Shown piece after piece: positions 1 through 11,543 of a DNA stretch of 64,000 bases. Where the stretch lies: positions 32,001 to 96,000 of the forward strand of contig CAVYQE010000008.1 of NCBI GenBank assembly GCA_963770565.1, written 5' to 3'. The stretch is from an uncultured Actinomycetota bacterium (GTDB lineage: Bacteria > Actinomycetota > Actinomycetes > JAFAQI01). A program made the position numbers and the translations under genes. Positions within the stretch are counted from its first letter, which is position 1, and the number at the start of each line of letters is the position of its first letter. Under the pieces are notes generated by a model that saw nothing but the letters and a program-made list of their open reading frames with translations, did not search any database and was not told where the DNA came from.

Positions 1-836
1 TGCACAAAGCTCCCGCAGAGATCCGCGATGTGGTCGAGAAGGAGCTGGTGAAAGCTGCCGAGGTGGTTGATCCGAGCGCGCTCGCGCGGTTCGCTCGCGG
101 ACTCACCTCCCGGCTGTCCGGCGATGACCCGGAGGCCGCAGCCCTGCGCAAGTACGAGAGTCGCTGGGTGCGGATGAGCGAGACCTTCGACGGGATGCAT
201 GCGATCGACGGGATGCTCGATCCGGCCAGCGCCGCCACCCTCAAGGCTGCGATCACCCCCTTGCTGACCAAGGCCGGTACGGAAGACACCCGCACAACCG
301 GTCAGCGGTTCGCCGACGGGCTGGTCACGCTGGCCGAACACGCGATGGCCGCCGGCGGACTGCCCGAGCAAGGCGGGGAGAAACCACAGGTCATCGTCAC
401 GATCGGCTGGGATGCGCTCAAGGCCGACCTCGAGGCGGCGCTGGACGACCCGGGCCTACTGCCGGCCGGGATCGCGACCATGAACGGCCTCGACATCACG
501 CCGAAGACCGCCAGGATGATCGCGTGCGATGCCGGGATCATCCCAGCCGTCCTGGGTGGCCAGTCGGAAGTCCTCGACCTCGGCCGAAAGACCCCTACCT
601 GGAGCCCCGCGCAACGCCGCGCGTTGCGGATCGAGGACAAGGGTTGCCGGTGGCCCGGTTGCCAGGCACCACTGGAGCGATGTCGGATCCACCACAGCAT
701 CTTCTGGTCACGTGGTGGCCACACCAAAACGAAAGTCGGGGTCCACGTCTGCGGGTTCCATCATTGGCTGGTTCACCACACCAACTGGCGGATCAGCAAG
801 GACACCCAAGGCCGAATACGGGTGTGGCGCGAATGA
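1..836 (+). CDS. DUF222 (13E12 repeat family) / HNH endonuclease-like protein, 5' truncated by window edge
   Basis: ORF 30..836 has the DUF222 motifs 'RTTGQRFADGLV' and 'RMIACDAGIIPAVLG...VLDLGR', plus C-terminal 'DKGCRWPGC...HHSIFWSRGGHT...CGFHH'. The frame is open to the window start. Confidence 0.85.
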   Translation, partial: HKAPAEIRDVVEKELVKAAEVVDPSALARFARGLTSRLSGDDPEAAALRKYESRWVRMSETFDGMHAIDGMLDPASAATLKAAITPLLTKAGTEDTRTTGQRFADGLVTLAEHAMAAGGLPEQGGEKPQVIVTIGWDALKADLEAALDDPGLLPAGIATMNGLDITPKTARMIACDAGIIPAVLGGQSEVLDLGRKTPTWSPAQRRALRIEDKGCRWPGCQAPLERCRIHHSIFWSRGGHTKTKVGVHVCGFHHWLVHHTNWRISKDTQGRIRVWRE

Positions 837-850
837 CGCGCCGGTTTGGT

Positions 851-1207
851 TCAGATGTCGATGATCTTGTGCCCGCCTGCGCCGGCCGCAATCGGCCTGC
901 GGTGGGTAGCCGACCAGGCGCCGACCGCGACCGTCGACACGGCGATCTCGATCAGGAGGGTCGCGAACCGGTGGTGGTGCCAACCCCACACGCCGTCACC
1001 GATCGCGCCGCCGATGAGTGCGCCGACCCAGCCGCACACGATGGTCGCGAGGACGCTGATGTTCTGCTTGCCCGGGATGATCAGCCGGGCCAGGCCGCCG
1101 AGGAAGATTCCGACGATTGCCGTCCAGATGACCCAGCTGATCGCGGCGCCGATGATCGGGAGCACGACGAACAGCACGACGAGCGCGACGAAGATCCACA
1201 GGATCAT
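851..1207 (-). CDS. GlsB/YeaQ/YmgE (transglycosylase-associated) small membrane protein
   Basis: Hydrophobic 118 aa with 'IVGIFLGGLARLIIPGKQNISVLATIVCGWVGALIGG'. TACGCT lies 6 nt upstream of the ATG. Confidence 0.8.
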   Translation of the reverse strand: MILWIFVALVVLFVVLPIIGAAISWVIWTAIVGIFLGGLARLIIPGKQNISVLATIVCGWVGALIGGAIGDGVWGWHHHRFATLLIEIAVSTVAVGAWSATHRRPIAAGAGGHKIIDI

Positions 1208-1226
1208 GCGCCCAGCGTAAGCCCGA

Positions 1227-3389
1227 TTAGTGAGAGTGGGCTGAATCCCCCGCTGCGGCGGTCACCTTCGAAGCTAGGTGTGACGGCATCGGCTCGTACC
1301 GCAAATGCTTGCGGCTGAAGGCGGCGGTGCCGTGGGAGATCGAGCGCAGGTCGATCGCGTAGCGCGTGACCTCGACCTCCGGTACCTCGGCCCGCACCAG
1401 CGAGCGGCCGTTGCCAACGGACTCGGTGCCGGTCACCCGACCGCGCCGGGTCGACAGGTCGCTCATGACTGCACCGACGTAGTCATCGGCCACGAGCACC
1501 GACACCTCGAGCATTGGCTCGAGCAGCGCAAAAGCGCCCTTCTCTGCCACGTCGCGCAGCGCGAGGCCGCCGGCGAGCTGGAATGCCATGTCGGAGGAGT
1601 CCACCGAGTGCGCCTTGCCGTCGCGCAGGGTCGCCCGGATGTCGACCACGGGATAGCCGGCGGCGACTCCGCGTTCCATCTGGGCCCGGATGCCCTTCTC
1701 GACCGACGGGATGAACTGGTTGGGCACCGAGCCGCCGTAGATCTTGTCGACGAACTCGAAGCCGGAGCCCGACGGCAGCGGCTCGAAATCGACGTCGCAG
1801 ACCGCGAACTGGCCGTGCCCGCCCGACTGCTTCACGTGTCGGCCGTGGCCGGACGCCGGGCCGGTGAGGGTCTCGCGCAACGGCACTCGGAGCGGGACCT
1901 GCTCGACCTCGACGCCGTACTTCGTCTTGAGCCGGTCGACGAGTACGTCGGCATGCGCTTCGCCCATGCACCACAGGATCAGCTGCGTGGTCTCGATGTT
2001 GCGTTCGAGCCGGACCGTCGGCTCTTCGGCCACGATCCGCTGCAGGCCGGTCGAGAGCTTGTCCTCGTCGGCCTTGCTCTTCGCCGCGATCGCGACCGGG
2101 AGCAACGGCTCCGGCACGTCCCACGCGGTCACCAGCAGCGGGTCGTCCTTGGTCGAGAGCGTGTCACCGGTCTCGGCCCGGGACAGCTTGGCGATTGCGA
2201 CGATGTCGCCGGCGATCGCCGAGTCGACGGCACGGAGCGCCTTCCCGAGCGGGCTCGACAACGCGCCGACCTTCTCGTCGACGTCGTGGTCCTCGTGGCC
2301 GCGCTCGGCCAGCCCGTGGCCCGAGACATGCAGAGTCGCGTCGGCCTTCAGCGTCCCGGAGAAGACCCGCACGAGCGAGATCCGCCCGACGTAGGGGTCG
2401 GTGGTCGTCTTCACGACCTCGGCGCACAGCCGTCCGGCCGGATCGCAGGTGAGCGGTTCGACCGACGCGCCGTCCGGACGGGTGACCGCGGGCAGCGGGT
2501 GCTCGAGCGGCGACGGGAAGCCGCTGACCAGGATCTCGAGCACCTCGGCCATGCCGAGCCGGTTGCCCGCGCAGGCGGCGAGGACCGGATAAAAGGTGCC
2601 GCGCGCGACCGCGGTCTCGAGGTCGTCGATCAGCACTTTGACGTCGATGTCCTCGCCCTCGAGGTAGCGATCCATCAGCGTCTCGTCCTCGGACTCCGCG
2701 ATGATGCCCTCGATCAGGGCGTTGCGGTGCTCGGAGATCAACGACAGGTGCTCGGGATCGGGATCGCGCTGCACCCGGGTGCCGTCGGAGTAGTCGATGA
2801 CCTGCTGGGAGAGCAGTCCGATCAGGCCGCCGATCGTCTCCTCGTCGGCGTGCAACGGGAGGTACAGCGGAAGCACGTTGTCGCCGAACGCCGACTGGCA
2901 GGCCGCCAGGGTCGCGTCAAAGTCGGCGCGGGGCGAGTCGAGCCGGGTGATCACGACCGCGCGCGGCATGCCGACGCTGGCGCACTCGTCCCAGATCGCC
3001 CGGGTGGTCCCGTCGATGCCCTCGGCCGCACTCACCACGAACAGCGCCGCGTCGGCCGCCCGCAGTCCGGCCCGGAGGTCGCCGGTGAAGTCGGCGTACC
3101 CGGGGGAGTCGAGCAGGTTGACCTTGGCGCCGTCGTGTTCGAGCGGGGCGAGCGCCAGGCTGATCGAGCGCTGCTGGCGGGCTTCGGCTTCGTCGAAGTC
3201 GGTGACGGTCGTGCCATCCTCGACCCGGCCGGCTCGGGGAATGGTTCCGGTCGCGACGAGGAGGGCCTCGACGAGAGTCGTCTTGCCCGCTCCGGAATGG
3301 CCGACGAGCACGACGTTGCGGATCCGTCCGGGCTCGCCCGCCTCCGGTGCCCTGCCGGCGGCTCCTGCTGGGCTCGACTTTTCGGCCAT
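1227..3389 (-). CDS. fusA2: Elongation factor G-like protein EF-G2
   Basis: 720 aa with GHSGAGKT, LLDSPG, 'KQSGGHGQF' and 'HSVDSSDMAF'. Its position next to the pgsA-pimA cluster is typical of actinomycetes. Confidence 0.92.
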   Translation of the reverse strand: MAEKSSPAGAAGRAPEAGEPGRIRNVVLVGHSGAGKTTLVEALLVATGTIPRAGRVEDGTTVTDFDEAEARQQRSISLALAPLEHDGAKVNLLDSPGYADFTGDLRAGLRAADAALFVVSAAEGIDGTTRAIWDECASVGMPRAVVITRLDSPRADFDATLAACQSAFGDNVLPLYLPLHADEETIGGLIGLLSQQVIDYSDGTRVQRDPDPEHLSLISEHRNALIEGIIAESEDETLMDRYLEGEDIDVKVLIDDLETAVARGTFYPVLAACAGNRLGMAEVLEILVSGFPSPLEHPLPAVTRPDGASVEPLTCDPAGRLCAEVVKTTTDPYVGRISLVRVFSGTLKADATLHVSGHGLAERGHEDHDVDEKVGALSSPLGKALRAVDSAIAGDIVAIAKLSRAETGDTLSTKDDPLLVTAWDVPEPLLPVAIAAKSKADEDKLSTGLQRIVAEEPTVRLERNIETTQLILWCMGEAHADVLVDRLKTKYGVEVEQVPLRVPLRETLTGPASGHGRHVKQSGGHGQFAVCDVDFEPLPSGSGFEFVDKIYGGSVPNQFIPSVEKGIRAQMERGVAAGYPVVDIRATLRDGKAHSVDSSDMAFQLAGGLALRDVAEKGAFALLEPMLEVSVLVADDYVGAVMSDLSTRRGRVTGTESVGNGRSLVRAEVPEVEVTRYAIDLRSISHGTAAFSRKHLRYEPMPSHLASKVTAAAGDSAHSH

Positions 3390-3509
3390 TGCTACCTCCT
3401 CGGCGATCTCCTCGCCTCACCTTGCACCCGCGCCGATGCCCAGGACAAGCCCTTGCGCAGATCGGTTTGCGCGGGTTCGAGCGCCTGCGCTCGCTATCCT
3501 CGGCGCACA

Positions 3510-4130
3510 ATGCTCGGCATTCATGCGCGCCCGCAGATCAACCGGGTGGTTGAGCCGGTCGCCAAGCGACTCGCCGCAATGGGGGTCACTCCGGATGCCC
3601 TGACCGTGATCGGCACGATCGGGGTCGCCGGCGGCGCGCTCGGCTTCTACCCGCGCGGTCAGTTCCTCGTCGGCACCCTGGTCATCACGGCGTTCGTCTT
3701 CAGCGACCTGATGGACGGCGCGGTCGCGCGGGTCAGGGGCAGCAGCGGGCCGTGGGGCGCGTTCCTGGACTCGACCCTCGACCGGGTCGGTGACGGCGCG
3801 GTGTTCGGCGCGCTCGCCCTCTGGTACGCCGGTGGCGGCAACAGCGAGACGCTGTGCGCGGTCGCGCTCTACGACCTGGTGGCCGGGGTGGTGACGTCGT
3901 ACGCGAAGGCGCGTGCGGAAAGCCTCGGGATGACCTGCAATGTCGGGATCGCGGAGCGCTCCGAGCGACTGATCGCCGTCCTAGTGCTCACCGGCTTCTC
4001 CGGCATCTTCGACCTCAGCATCCTGCGGGCAATCGCGTTGTGGGGCCTGGCGGCGGCGACGACGATCACCGTCGTGCAGCGGATCATTGAGGTACGCCGG
4101 CAAGCTCGTCCCCGGACGCAGCCGGCATGA
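3510..4130 (+). CDS. pgsA: Phosphatidylinositol phosphate synthase (CDP-alcohol phosphatidyltransferase)
   Basis: 3' part of ORF 1305..4130 starting at ATG 3510. CDP-AP motif 'DLMDGAVAR...GAFLDSTLDRVGD'. First gene of the pgsA-patA-pimA cluster. Confidence 0.92.
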   Translation: MLGIHARPQINRVVEPVAKRLAAMGVTPDALTVIGTIGVAGGALGFYPRGQFLVGTLVITAFVFSDLMDGAVARVRGSSGPWGAFLDSTLDRVGDGAVFGALALWYAGGGNSETLCAVALYDLVAGVVTSYAKARAESLGMTCNVGIAERSERLIAVLVLTGFSGIFDLSILRAIALWGLAAATTITVVQRIIEVRRQARPRTQPA

Positions 4131-5044
4131 ACGACGCGGTCGTCGATGCGGCGTACGCGACCGGCTGGTCAGTCGTGCGCGGCATGCCGGAGTGGGTGGC
4201 GCGGCGGCAGTTCGACGCGGTGGCCGATGCGACCTGGCTGCGATCCGGCAAGAGCGTCCAGCGGCTGCAGAGCAACCTGGCGAGGATCCGGCCGGATGCG
4301 TCCGAGCACGAGCTGCGGATGCTGACCCGGGCCGGTGTCCGTTCCTATTTCCGCTACTGGTGCGAGGTCTTCCAGCTGCCGAAGATGACGGTCGAGCAGA
4401 TCCTGCGACGGGTCGACGTCGAAGGTGACTCCCGGCTGCGGGCCGCGGTCGCGGCCGGCAACGGGCTCATCCTTTCGCTTCCGCACATGGGCAACTGGGA
4501 TCTGGCCGGCGCCTGGCTGACCGGCACCGGCGTGCCTTTCACCACGGTCGCCGAGCGGTTGAAGCCGGAGTCGCTGTTCACCAGGTTCGTGGAGTTCCGT
4601 GAGTCGCTCGGCATGGAAGTGATCCCGCTCACCGGCGGCGAGGCGCCGCCGTACTCGATCCTGGCGGAGCGGCTCCGGGCCGGCGGTGTCCTGTGTCTGC
4701 TGGGCGACCGCGACCTGACCACGAGCGGCATCGAGGTCGACTTCTTCGGTGCGTCCGCGCGGATGCCGGCCGGACCGGCCGCCCTGGCGCACGACACCGG
4801 CGCCGTGCTGTTGCCGGTGACGCTGTCGAACCCGACCCGGTGGCGCTGGTCGTTGTTCATCCACGAGCAGGTCCCGGTGCCGCTGGACGGCGATCGCGCC
4901 GCGAAAGTGCACGTGATGACGCAGCAGGTCGCCCAGGTCTTCGAGCAGGGGATCGGGAAATACCCGCAGGACTGGCACATGTTGCAGCGGATCTGGTCTG
5001 CGGATCTCGGTCCGAACCGGCGCATGCAGCGATCGGCGGTCTGA
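4127..5044 (+). CDS. patA: Phosphatidylinositol mannoside acyltransferase
   Basis: 'LPHMGNWDLAGAW', 'VAERLKPE', 'LLGDRDL' and 'PQDWHMLQRIW'. Lies between pgsA and pimA. Confidence 0.9.
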   Translation: MNDAVVDAAYATGWSVVRGMPEWVARRQFDAVADATWLRSGKSVQRLQSNLARIRPDASEHELRMLTRAGVRSYFRYWCEVFQLPKMTVEQILRRVDVEGDSRLRAAVAAGNGLILSLPHMGNWDLAGAWLTGTGVPFTTVAERLKPESLFTRFVEFRESLGMEVIPLTGGEAPPYSILAERLRAGGVLCLLGDRDLTTSGIEVDFFGASARMPAGPAALAHDTGAVLLPVTLSNPTRWRWSLFIHEQVPVPLDGDRAAKVHVMTQQVAQVFEQGIGKYPQDWHMLQRIWSADLGPNRRMQRSAV

Positions 5045-5047
5045 GCC

Positions 5048-6202
5048 ATGCGAGTCGGGATCGTGTCGCCGTACCCGTGGGACGTTCCGGGCGGCGTGGT
5101 GGCGCACATCGCCGACCTGGCCGAGGCGCTGATTGCGCGCGGCCACGACGTTGCGGTGATGACGCCGGTGGACGACGACGAAACGCCGCTGCCGAACTAC
5201 GTCACAAGGGCCGGCCGCAGCGTGCCGATCCCGTACAACGGATCGGTGTCCCGGCTGTTGCTCGGCCCGGTCAGCGCGGCGCGGGTGCGCCGATGGCTGC
5301 ATGACGGTGAGTTCGACGTGCTGCATGTGCACTCCCCGGAGACGTTCTCGTTGTCGCTGTTGGCGCTCGGAAATGCCCGCGGGCCGATCGTCGCGACGTT
5401 CCATGCGGCCAACCCGAGGTCACGCATCCTGTCGATGATGCAGAGCTCGCTGCAGGTCTATCTGGAGAAGCTGTCCGGCTCGATCGCGGTGTCGCCCGCG
5501 GCGCGCAAGACGATCGTCGACCACCTCGGCGGCGACGCGGTCGTGGTGCCCAACGGGGTGCACATCGCGAAGTACGCCGGTGCCCTGCCACTGCCCGGCT
5601 GGCCCGGCGACAGCGGTGCCATTGGTTTCGTCGGTCGGGTCGACGAACCGCGCAAGGGCCTGGATGTCCTGCTCGCTGCCTTGCCGTGGATCCGCCGCGA
5701 GCATCCCGGCGTGCGGCTGCTCGTCGCCGGCCCCGGCAAGGTCGACGGGCCGGTCGACGGCGTGACCTTCCTCGGTCGGGTCAGCGACGCCGACAAGGCG
5801 CGGCTGCTGGCCTCGGTCGATGTCTTCGCCGCCCCCAACACTGGCGGCGAGAGCTTCGGGATCGTGCTGCTGGAGGCGATGGCAGCCGGGGCGCCGATCG
5901 TCGCGAGCGACCTGGACGCCTTTGCCCGGGTGCTCGAGGACGGCGAGCTCGGCGATCTGGCCGCCACCGGCGACCCGATCTCGCTGGCGGCGGCGTGCTC
6001 AGGCCTGCTCAGCTCGCCCGCTCGGCGCGACCAGCTGCGTACGGCGGCCCGCCACGCGGTCGCCCGCTACGACTGGTCGGTCGTGTGCGGCGAGGTGTTG
6101 AGGGTCTACGAGACCGCGATCGCCGCGTCGACCGGCCGGGTCGTCGAGGAGCCGGTCGAGGTGGACGTCACGACCCTCGAGCAGGGGATGACGACGAGCT
6201 AG
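5048..6202 (+). CDS. pimA: Phosphatidyl-myo-inositol alpha-mannosyltransferase (GT4)
   Basis: 'MRVGIVSPYPWDVPGGV', 'PRKGLDVL' and 'GGESFGIVLLEAMA'; synteny. Confidence 0.92.
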   Translation: MRVGIVSPYPWDVPGGVVAHIADLAEALIARGHDVAVMTPVDDDETPLPNYVTRAGRSVPIPYNGSVSRLLLGPVSAARVRRWLHDGEFDVLHVHSPETFSLSLLALGNARGPIVATFHAANPRSRILSMMQSSLQVYLEKLSGSIAVSPAARKTIVDHLGGDAVVVPNGVHIAKYAGALPLPGWPGDSGAIGFVGRVDEPRKGLDVLLAALPWIRREHPGVRLLVAGPGKVDGPVDGVTFLGRVSDADKARLLASVDVFAAPNTGGESFGIVLLEAMAAGAPIVASDLDAFARVLEDGELGDLAATGDPISLAAACSGLLSSPARRDQLRTAARHAVARYDWSVVCGEVLRVYETAIAASTGRVVEEPVEVDVTTLEQGMTTS

Positions 6203-6220
6203 CGGCGGTAACGTCACCGG

Positions 6221-6768
6221 GTGGCCTATGTCATCGCGGCGGTCATCGTCGTTGTGCTGGTCGCGCTCTATGCCTATCGGACCGCCCGCCGGCTCGACCG
6301 GCTCCATGCCCGGGTCGACGCGGCCGCCGCCGGGCTGACCGCCCAGCTGCTGCGGCGCGCGGCGATGGCCGGAAGCTTCGGCGCCAGCGTGCCACTCAAA
6401 CCGGAGCCTGCGGCGGCGCTGACCGACGCGGCCAGGACCGCGGCGCAGACACCCGGTCTCGGCCATGACCGCGAGGTGGCCGAGACCGCGGTCACCCGCG
6501 CGCTGTTCCGCACCGCCGAGTCGACTCCCGAGAGCTTCACGATGCCCTCGGTGGCCGCCACCGAGATGCACGACGCGGCGCTGCGTGCATCGTTTGCCCG
6601 ACGGTTCTACAACGACACGGTGCGCGACGCGCTCGCCGTCCGTGACCTTCGGGTGGTTCGCTGGCTGCGACTTGCCGGGCACGCCCGGCATCCGGCGTAC
6701 TTCGAGATGGAGGACTCCGAGCTTCCGACCGCACAGATCTCGGTTGCGTCTGGGCCTACGATTGAGCC

Positions 6769-6772
<4 letters not shown>
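6221..6772 (+). CDS. Conserved membrane-anchored protein (resembles the N-terminal LemA-like domain of Rv2609c, no NUDIX domain)
   Basis: N-terminal TM helix, '[12 protein letters not shown]', '[16 protein letters not shown]', 'RLAGHA'. Conserved position after pimA. Confidence 0.75.
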
Positions 6773-7665
<893 letters not shown>

Positions 7666-7715
7666 ATACCCACGACGACGTCTGCTGTTCGCTCCTTCCT
7701 GCTGGGACTCCGGTT

Positions 7716-8309
7716 GTGGCCGTGCGCGCTCCGCGGGTAGGCGTGCTCGCCTTGCAAGGTGACGTGCGCGAGCACGTTGCCGCTCTTCGAGTTGCCGGTG
7801 CCGAGCCGGTCGCAGTTCGTCGTCCGTCCGACCTCGACGAGGTGGACGGCATCATCGTTCCGGGCGGGGAGTCGACCACGATCGGCAAGCTGCTCGTGAC
7901 CTTCGAGGTTCTCGAGCCGCTGCGGGCGGCACTGGCGAAAGGGCTGCCGGCGTACGGGTCATGTGCCGGGATGATCCTGCTGGCCGACCGGGTGCTCGAC
8001 GCGACTGACGACCAGGTCGTCCTCGGCGGCATCGACATGACCGTGCGGCGCAACGCTTTCGGCCGCCAGGTCGACTCCTTCGAAGGACCGGTGACGATCG
8101 ACGGGATCGGGGAGTTCGACGCCGTATTCATCCGGGCCCCGTGGGCCGAGGAGGTCGGCGACGAGGTCGAGGTGCTGGGGCGGGCCGAAGATAGAATTGT
8201 CGCGGTCCGGCAGGGATCGCTGCTCGCGACGTCGTTTCATCCCGAGCTGACCGGCGACTCGCGGATCCATCAGATGTTCGTGACCATGGTCAAGGAGCGC
8301 GCGGCATGA
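7716..8309 (+). CDS. pdxT: PLP synthase glutaminase subunit
   Basis: '[12 protein letters not shown]', 'PGGESTT', 'GSCAG', '[12 protein letters not shown]', 'FHPEL'. Confidence 0.96.
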   Translation: MAVRAPRVGVLALQGDVREHVAALRVAGAEPVAVRRPSDLDEVDGIIVPGGESTTIGKLLVTFEVLEPLRAALAKGLPAYGSCAGMILLADRVLDATDDQVVLGGIDMTVRRNAFGRQVDSFEGPVTIDGIGEFDAVFIRAPWAEEVGDEVEVLGRAEDRIVAVRQGSLLATSFHPELTGDSRIHQMFVTMVKERAA

Positions 8310-8319
8310 GGGTGCACCG

Positions 8320-9069
8320 ATGAGTGGGCATTCCAAGTGGGCGACCACCAAGCACAAGAAGGCGGTCGTCGATGCCCGGCGGGGCAAGCTGTTCGCCAAG
8401 TTGATCAAGAACATCGAGGTGGCCGCGCGCACCGGTGGCGGTGACCCGGCTGGCAATCCCACCCTTGCCGACGCGATCGCCAAGGCGAAGGGCAACTCGG
8501 TCCCAAACGACAACATCGACCGTGCGGTTCGCCGCGGCTCCGGTGTGGACGCCGGCGGCGCTGACTACGAGGCGATCACCTACGAGGGCTACGGGCCCGG
8601 CGGGGTCGCGGTGCTCGTCGAATGCCTCACCGACAACCGCAACCGGGCCGCCTCCGAGGTCCGCACCGCGCTCACCCGCAACGGTGGCACGCTTGCCGAT
8701 CCGGGCAGCGTCGCCTACCTGTTCGCCCGCAAGGGTGTCGTGATCGTCGCGAAGTCCTCGGGCGCGAGCGAGGACGACGTCCTCGGAGCGGTGCTCGACG
8801 CCGGTGCCGAGGAGGTCAACGACCTCGGCGAGGACTTCGAGGTGATCAGCGAGGCCACCGACCTGTCCGCGGTGCGGGCCGCCCTGGAGGCCGCGTCGAT
8901 CGAGGTCGAGTCCTCCGACGTGGCGTTCCTGCCGTCGGTCTCGGTGCCGCTCGACGACGAGACCGGGCGCAAGGTGCTGAGGCTCGTCGACGCGCTCGAG
9001 GACAGCGACGACGTCCAGAACGTCTGGGCCAACTTCGACGTCAGCGACGAGGTGCTCGAGTCGGCGTAG
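8320..9069 (+). CDS. yebC: YebC/PmpR family protein
   Basis: '[14 protein letters not shown]', 'YEGYGPGG', 'DDVQNVWAN'. Confidence 0.96.
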   Translation: MSGHSKWATTKHKKAVVDARRGKLFAKLIKNIEVAARTGGGDPAGNPTLADAIAKAKGNSVPNDNIDRAVRRGSGVDAGGADYEAITYEGYGPGGVAVLVECLTDNRNRAASEVRTALTRNGGTLADPGSVAYLFARKGVVIVAKSSGASEDDVLGAVLDAGAEEVNDLGEDFEVISEATDLSAVRAALEAASIEVESSDVAFLPSVSVPLDDETGRKVLRLVDALEDSDDVQNVWANFDVSDEVLESA

Positions 9070-9133
9070 CCGACCGAGCTTTCCGCCCGGACGGCGAGTC
9101 GCTGCGGGGCGGCGCGCGCCGGTCGCCGTACGA

Positions 9134-9151
9134 TCCGAACACACGTTCGGA
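9134..9151. promoter_or_regulatory. LexA (SOS) box upstream of ruvC
   Basis: Perfect palindrome TCCGAAC-ACAC-GTTCGGA matching the actinobacterial CGAAC-N4-GTTCG consensus, 27 nt before the ruvC ATG. Confidence 0.85.
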
Positions 9152-9178
9152 GAAGTCGGCGAAGGGCGGTTTGCCGCG

Positions 9179-9736
9179 ATGCGGGTGCTCGGTGTCGACC
9201 CCGGCCTGACCAGGTGCGGGCTCGGCGTCGTCGACGGCCTGGCCGGGCGACGGCTGACTGCGGTGGCCTTCGGAGTGGCCTGTACGCCGTCGAGCGACGA
9301 CATCTCGGCCCGGTTGCTCAGCCTCGAAGGCGAGATCACCGACTGGATCGAGCGCTACCGCCCCGAGGTGGTCGCGGTCGAGCGGGTCTTCAGCCAGCAC
9401 AACGTCCGGACCGTGATGGGCACCGCGCAGGCTGCGGCGGTCGCGATCACGACGGCGGCCCGGGCCGGCATCAGGGTCGAGCTGCACACGCCGAGCGAGG
9501 TCAAGGCCGCCGTGACCGGGTCGGGGCGGGCGGACAAGGCGCAGGTCGGTGCGATGGTCACCCGGCTGCTCGCTCTGCCCACCGCGCCCCGGCCGGCCGA
9601 CACCGCCGATGCCCTCGCCCTCGCGATCTGCCACATCTGGCGTGGGACCGCGCTGGCCCGGCTGGATGCGGAGGCCGGGCTGCACGGCCGGGCGTTGCAG
9701 CGTCGCAAGCCTGCGACCCGGGTGGTGGCCCGGTGA
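9179..9736 (+). CDS. ruvC: Crossover junction endodeoxyribonuclease RuvC
   Basis: '[14 protein letters not shown]', 'VERVF', '[14 protein letters not shown]'. Confidence 0.96.
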   Translation: MRVLGVDPGLTRCGLGVVDGLAGRRLTAVAFGVACTPSSDDISARLLSLEGEITDWIERYRPEVVAVERVFSQHNVRTVMGTAQAAAVAITTAARAGIRVELHTPSEVKAAVTGSGRADKAQVGAMVTRLLALPTAPRPADTADALALAICHIWRGTALARLDAEAGLHGRALQRRKPATRVVAR

Positions 9737-10356
9737 TCGCGTCGGTGTCGGGCCAGGTGCTCGCGATCAGCGGGGACGCCGCGGTCATCGAGGTCGGTGG
9801 GGTCGGTCTCGCGGTGCAGTGCACCCCGGCCACGCTCGCGTCGCTGCGGACCGGCAACACCGCGCGCCTCGCGACGAGTCTCGTCGTACGGGAGGACTCG
9901 CTCACGCTGTTCGGGTTCGCCACCGACGAGGAGCGGGCCGTATTCGAGACGCTGCAGGGCGTCACCGGGGTCGGGCCGCGGATCGCGCAGGCAGTGCTCG
10001 CCGCGCACTCGCCGGACGCGGTGCGCAGCGCGGTGGCGACCGAGGACATCGGTGCGCTGATGCTGGTGCCGGGCATCGGCCGCAAGGGAGCGCAGCGACT
10101 GGTGCTCGAGCTCAAGGACAAGCTCGGCCACATCTCCACGTCGGCGACGGTGTTGCGGCTTCCCGGCCGCGAGGGTCCCGGCGTCTGGCGCGACCAGTTG
10201 CGTTCGGCGCTGCTCGGCCTCGGCTGGAGCAGTCGCGAGGTGGATGAGGCCCTCGCCGCGGTGGGGCCGGAAGCCGAGGCGGCGCAGGCGGTCGGTGACA
10301 CACCCGACGTGGCCGTGCTGTTGCGGTCGTGTCTGCAGATGCTGAGCCGGGCATGA
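9733..10356 (+). CDS. ruvA: Holliday junction branch migration protein RuvA
   Basis: Starts at GTG 9733, overlapping the ruvC stop. '[11 protein letters not shown]', 'VTGVGPRIA', '[19 protein letters not shown]'. Confidence 0.95.
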   Translation: MIASVSGQVLAISGDAAVIEVGGVGLAVQCTPATLASLRTGNTARLATSLVVREDSLTLFGFATDEERAVFETLQGVTGVGPRIAQAVLAAHSPDAVRSAVATEDIGALMLVPGIGRKGAQRLVLELKDKLGHISTSATVLRLPGREGPGVWRDQLRSALLGLGWSSREVDEALAAVGPEAEAAQAVGDTPDVAVLLRSCLQMLSRA

Positions 10357-11453
10357 CGGCGCCTGGCAACAACGAGATCGTCTCGTCGCTCGCCGACGCC
10401 GACGACGAGATCGTCGATGCCGCGCTGCGGCCGAAGCGACTGGCCGACTTCGTCGGCCAGGAGCGGGTCCGCGAGCAGCTCTCGCTGATCATCGACGCGG
10501 CCAAGGGTCGGGGTCGGGTGCCCGACCACGTGCTGCTCGCGGGTTCGCCGGGCTTGGGCAAGACCACGCTGGCGATGATCATCGCGAGCGAGCTGGGTGC
10601 GCCGCTGCGGATCACCAGCGGCCCGGCGATCGAACGAGCCGGCGACCTGGCTGCGCTGCTGTCGACCCTCGCCGAGGGCGAGGTGCTGTTCCTCGACGAG
10701 ATCCACCGGATGGCAAGGCCAGCCGAGGAGATGCTCTACGTCGCGATGGAGGACTTCCGGGTCGACGTGGTCGTCGGCAAGGGTCCCGGCGCGACCGCGA
10801 TCCCGCTCGACGTCGCGCCGTTCACCCTGGTCGGCGCGACCACCCGGGCCGGCATGCTTCCCGGTCCGTTGCGGGATCGGTTCGGATTCGTGGCCCGGCT
10901 CGACTTCTATTCGAGCGACGAGCTCGAGCACGTGCTGGTCCGCAGCGCCGCGTTGCTGGGTGTCGACCTGACCCCGCCGGCGGCGGTCGAGATCGCCGGC
11001 CGGGCGCGGGGCACTCCGCGGATCGCCAACCGGCTGCTGCGCCGGGTGCGTGACTACGCCGAGGTCCGGGCCGACGGCACGGTAACCCGCGAGATCGCGC
11101 GGGCCGCCCTCGAGGTGTACGACGTCGACGAGCTCGGCCTCGACCGGCTCGACCACGCCGTCCTCGACGCGCTGCTGCGGCGCTTCGGCGGCGGTCCGGT
11201 CGGCCTCAGCACGATTGCGGTCGCGGTGGCCGAAGAGGCCGAGACGATCGAAACGGTCGCCGAGCCGTTCCTGGTGCGGGCCGGTCTGCTCGCGCGCACC
11301 CCGCGTGGCCGGGTTGCGACCGCGGCCGCCTGGCGGCACGTCGGCCTGACCCCGCCCGCACCTACTGCCTCGCCACAAGGCCTGTTCGATCTCGATGCCG
11401 AGGTTGCGCTGATCGACCTGGCCGACGCCGAGCCCGACGCTCCGGGTTCATAG
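10353..11453 (+). CDS. ruvB: Holliday junction branch migration helicase RuvB
   Basis: '[12 protein letters not shown]', 'GSPGLGKTT', 'FLDEIHR', '[16 protein letters not shown]'. Confidence 0.97.
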   Translation: MTAPGNNEIVSSLADADDEIVDAALRPKRLADFVGQERVREQLSLIIDAAKGRGRVPDHVLLAGSPGLGKTTLAMIIASELGAPLRITSGPAIERAGDLAALLSTLAEGEVLFLDEIHRMARPAEEMLYVAMEDFRVDVVVGKGPGATAIPLDVAPFTLVGATTRAGMLPGPLRDRFGFVARLDFYSSDELEHVLVRSAALLGVDLTPPAAVEIAGRARGTPRIANRLLRRVRDYAEVRADGTVTREIARAALEVYDVDELGLDRLDHAVLDALLRRFGGGPVGLSTIAVAVAEEAETIETVAEPFLVRAGLLARTPRGRVATAAAWRHVGLTPPAPTASPQGLFDLDAEVALIDLADAEPDAPGS

Positions 11454-11543
11454 CGCCGCCGATCGGAGCGCTCGGCACGTAGACTCAAGCCCGGCTTACC
11501 GGCCCGCGCCGGCATGACCTTGAGCGATGGAGGACCGAGTCCG

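Noticed and set aside
1227-3389. Degenerate GTPase G4 motif (TRLD) in the EF-G-like protein
   Set aside because: Divergent G motifs are expected in the actinobacterial EF-G2/FusA2 family.
1305-4130. 941-aa ORF
   Set aside because: Antisense shadow of fusA2 that runs into the real pgsA (start 3510).
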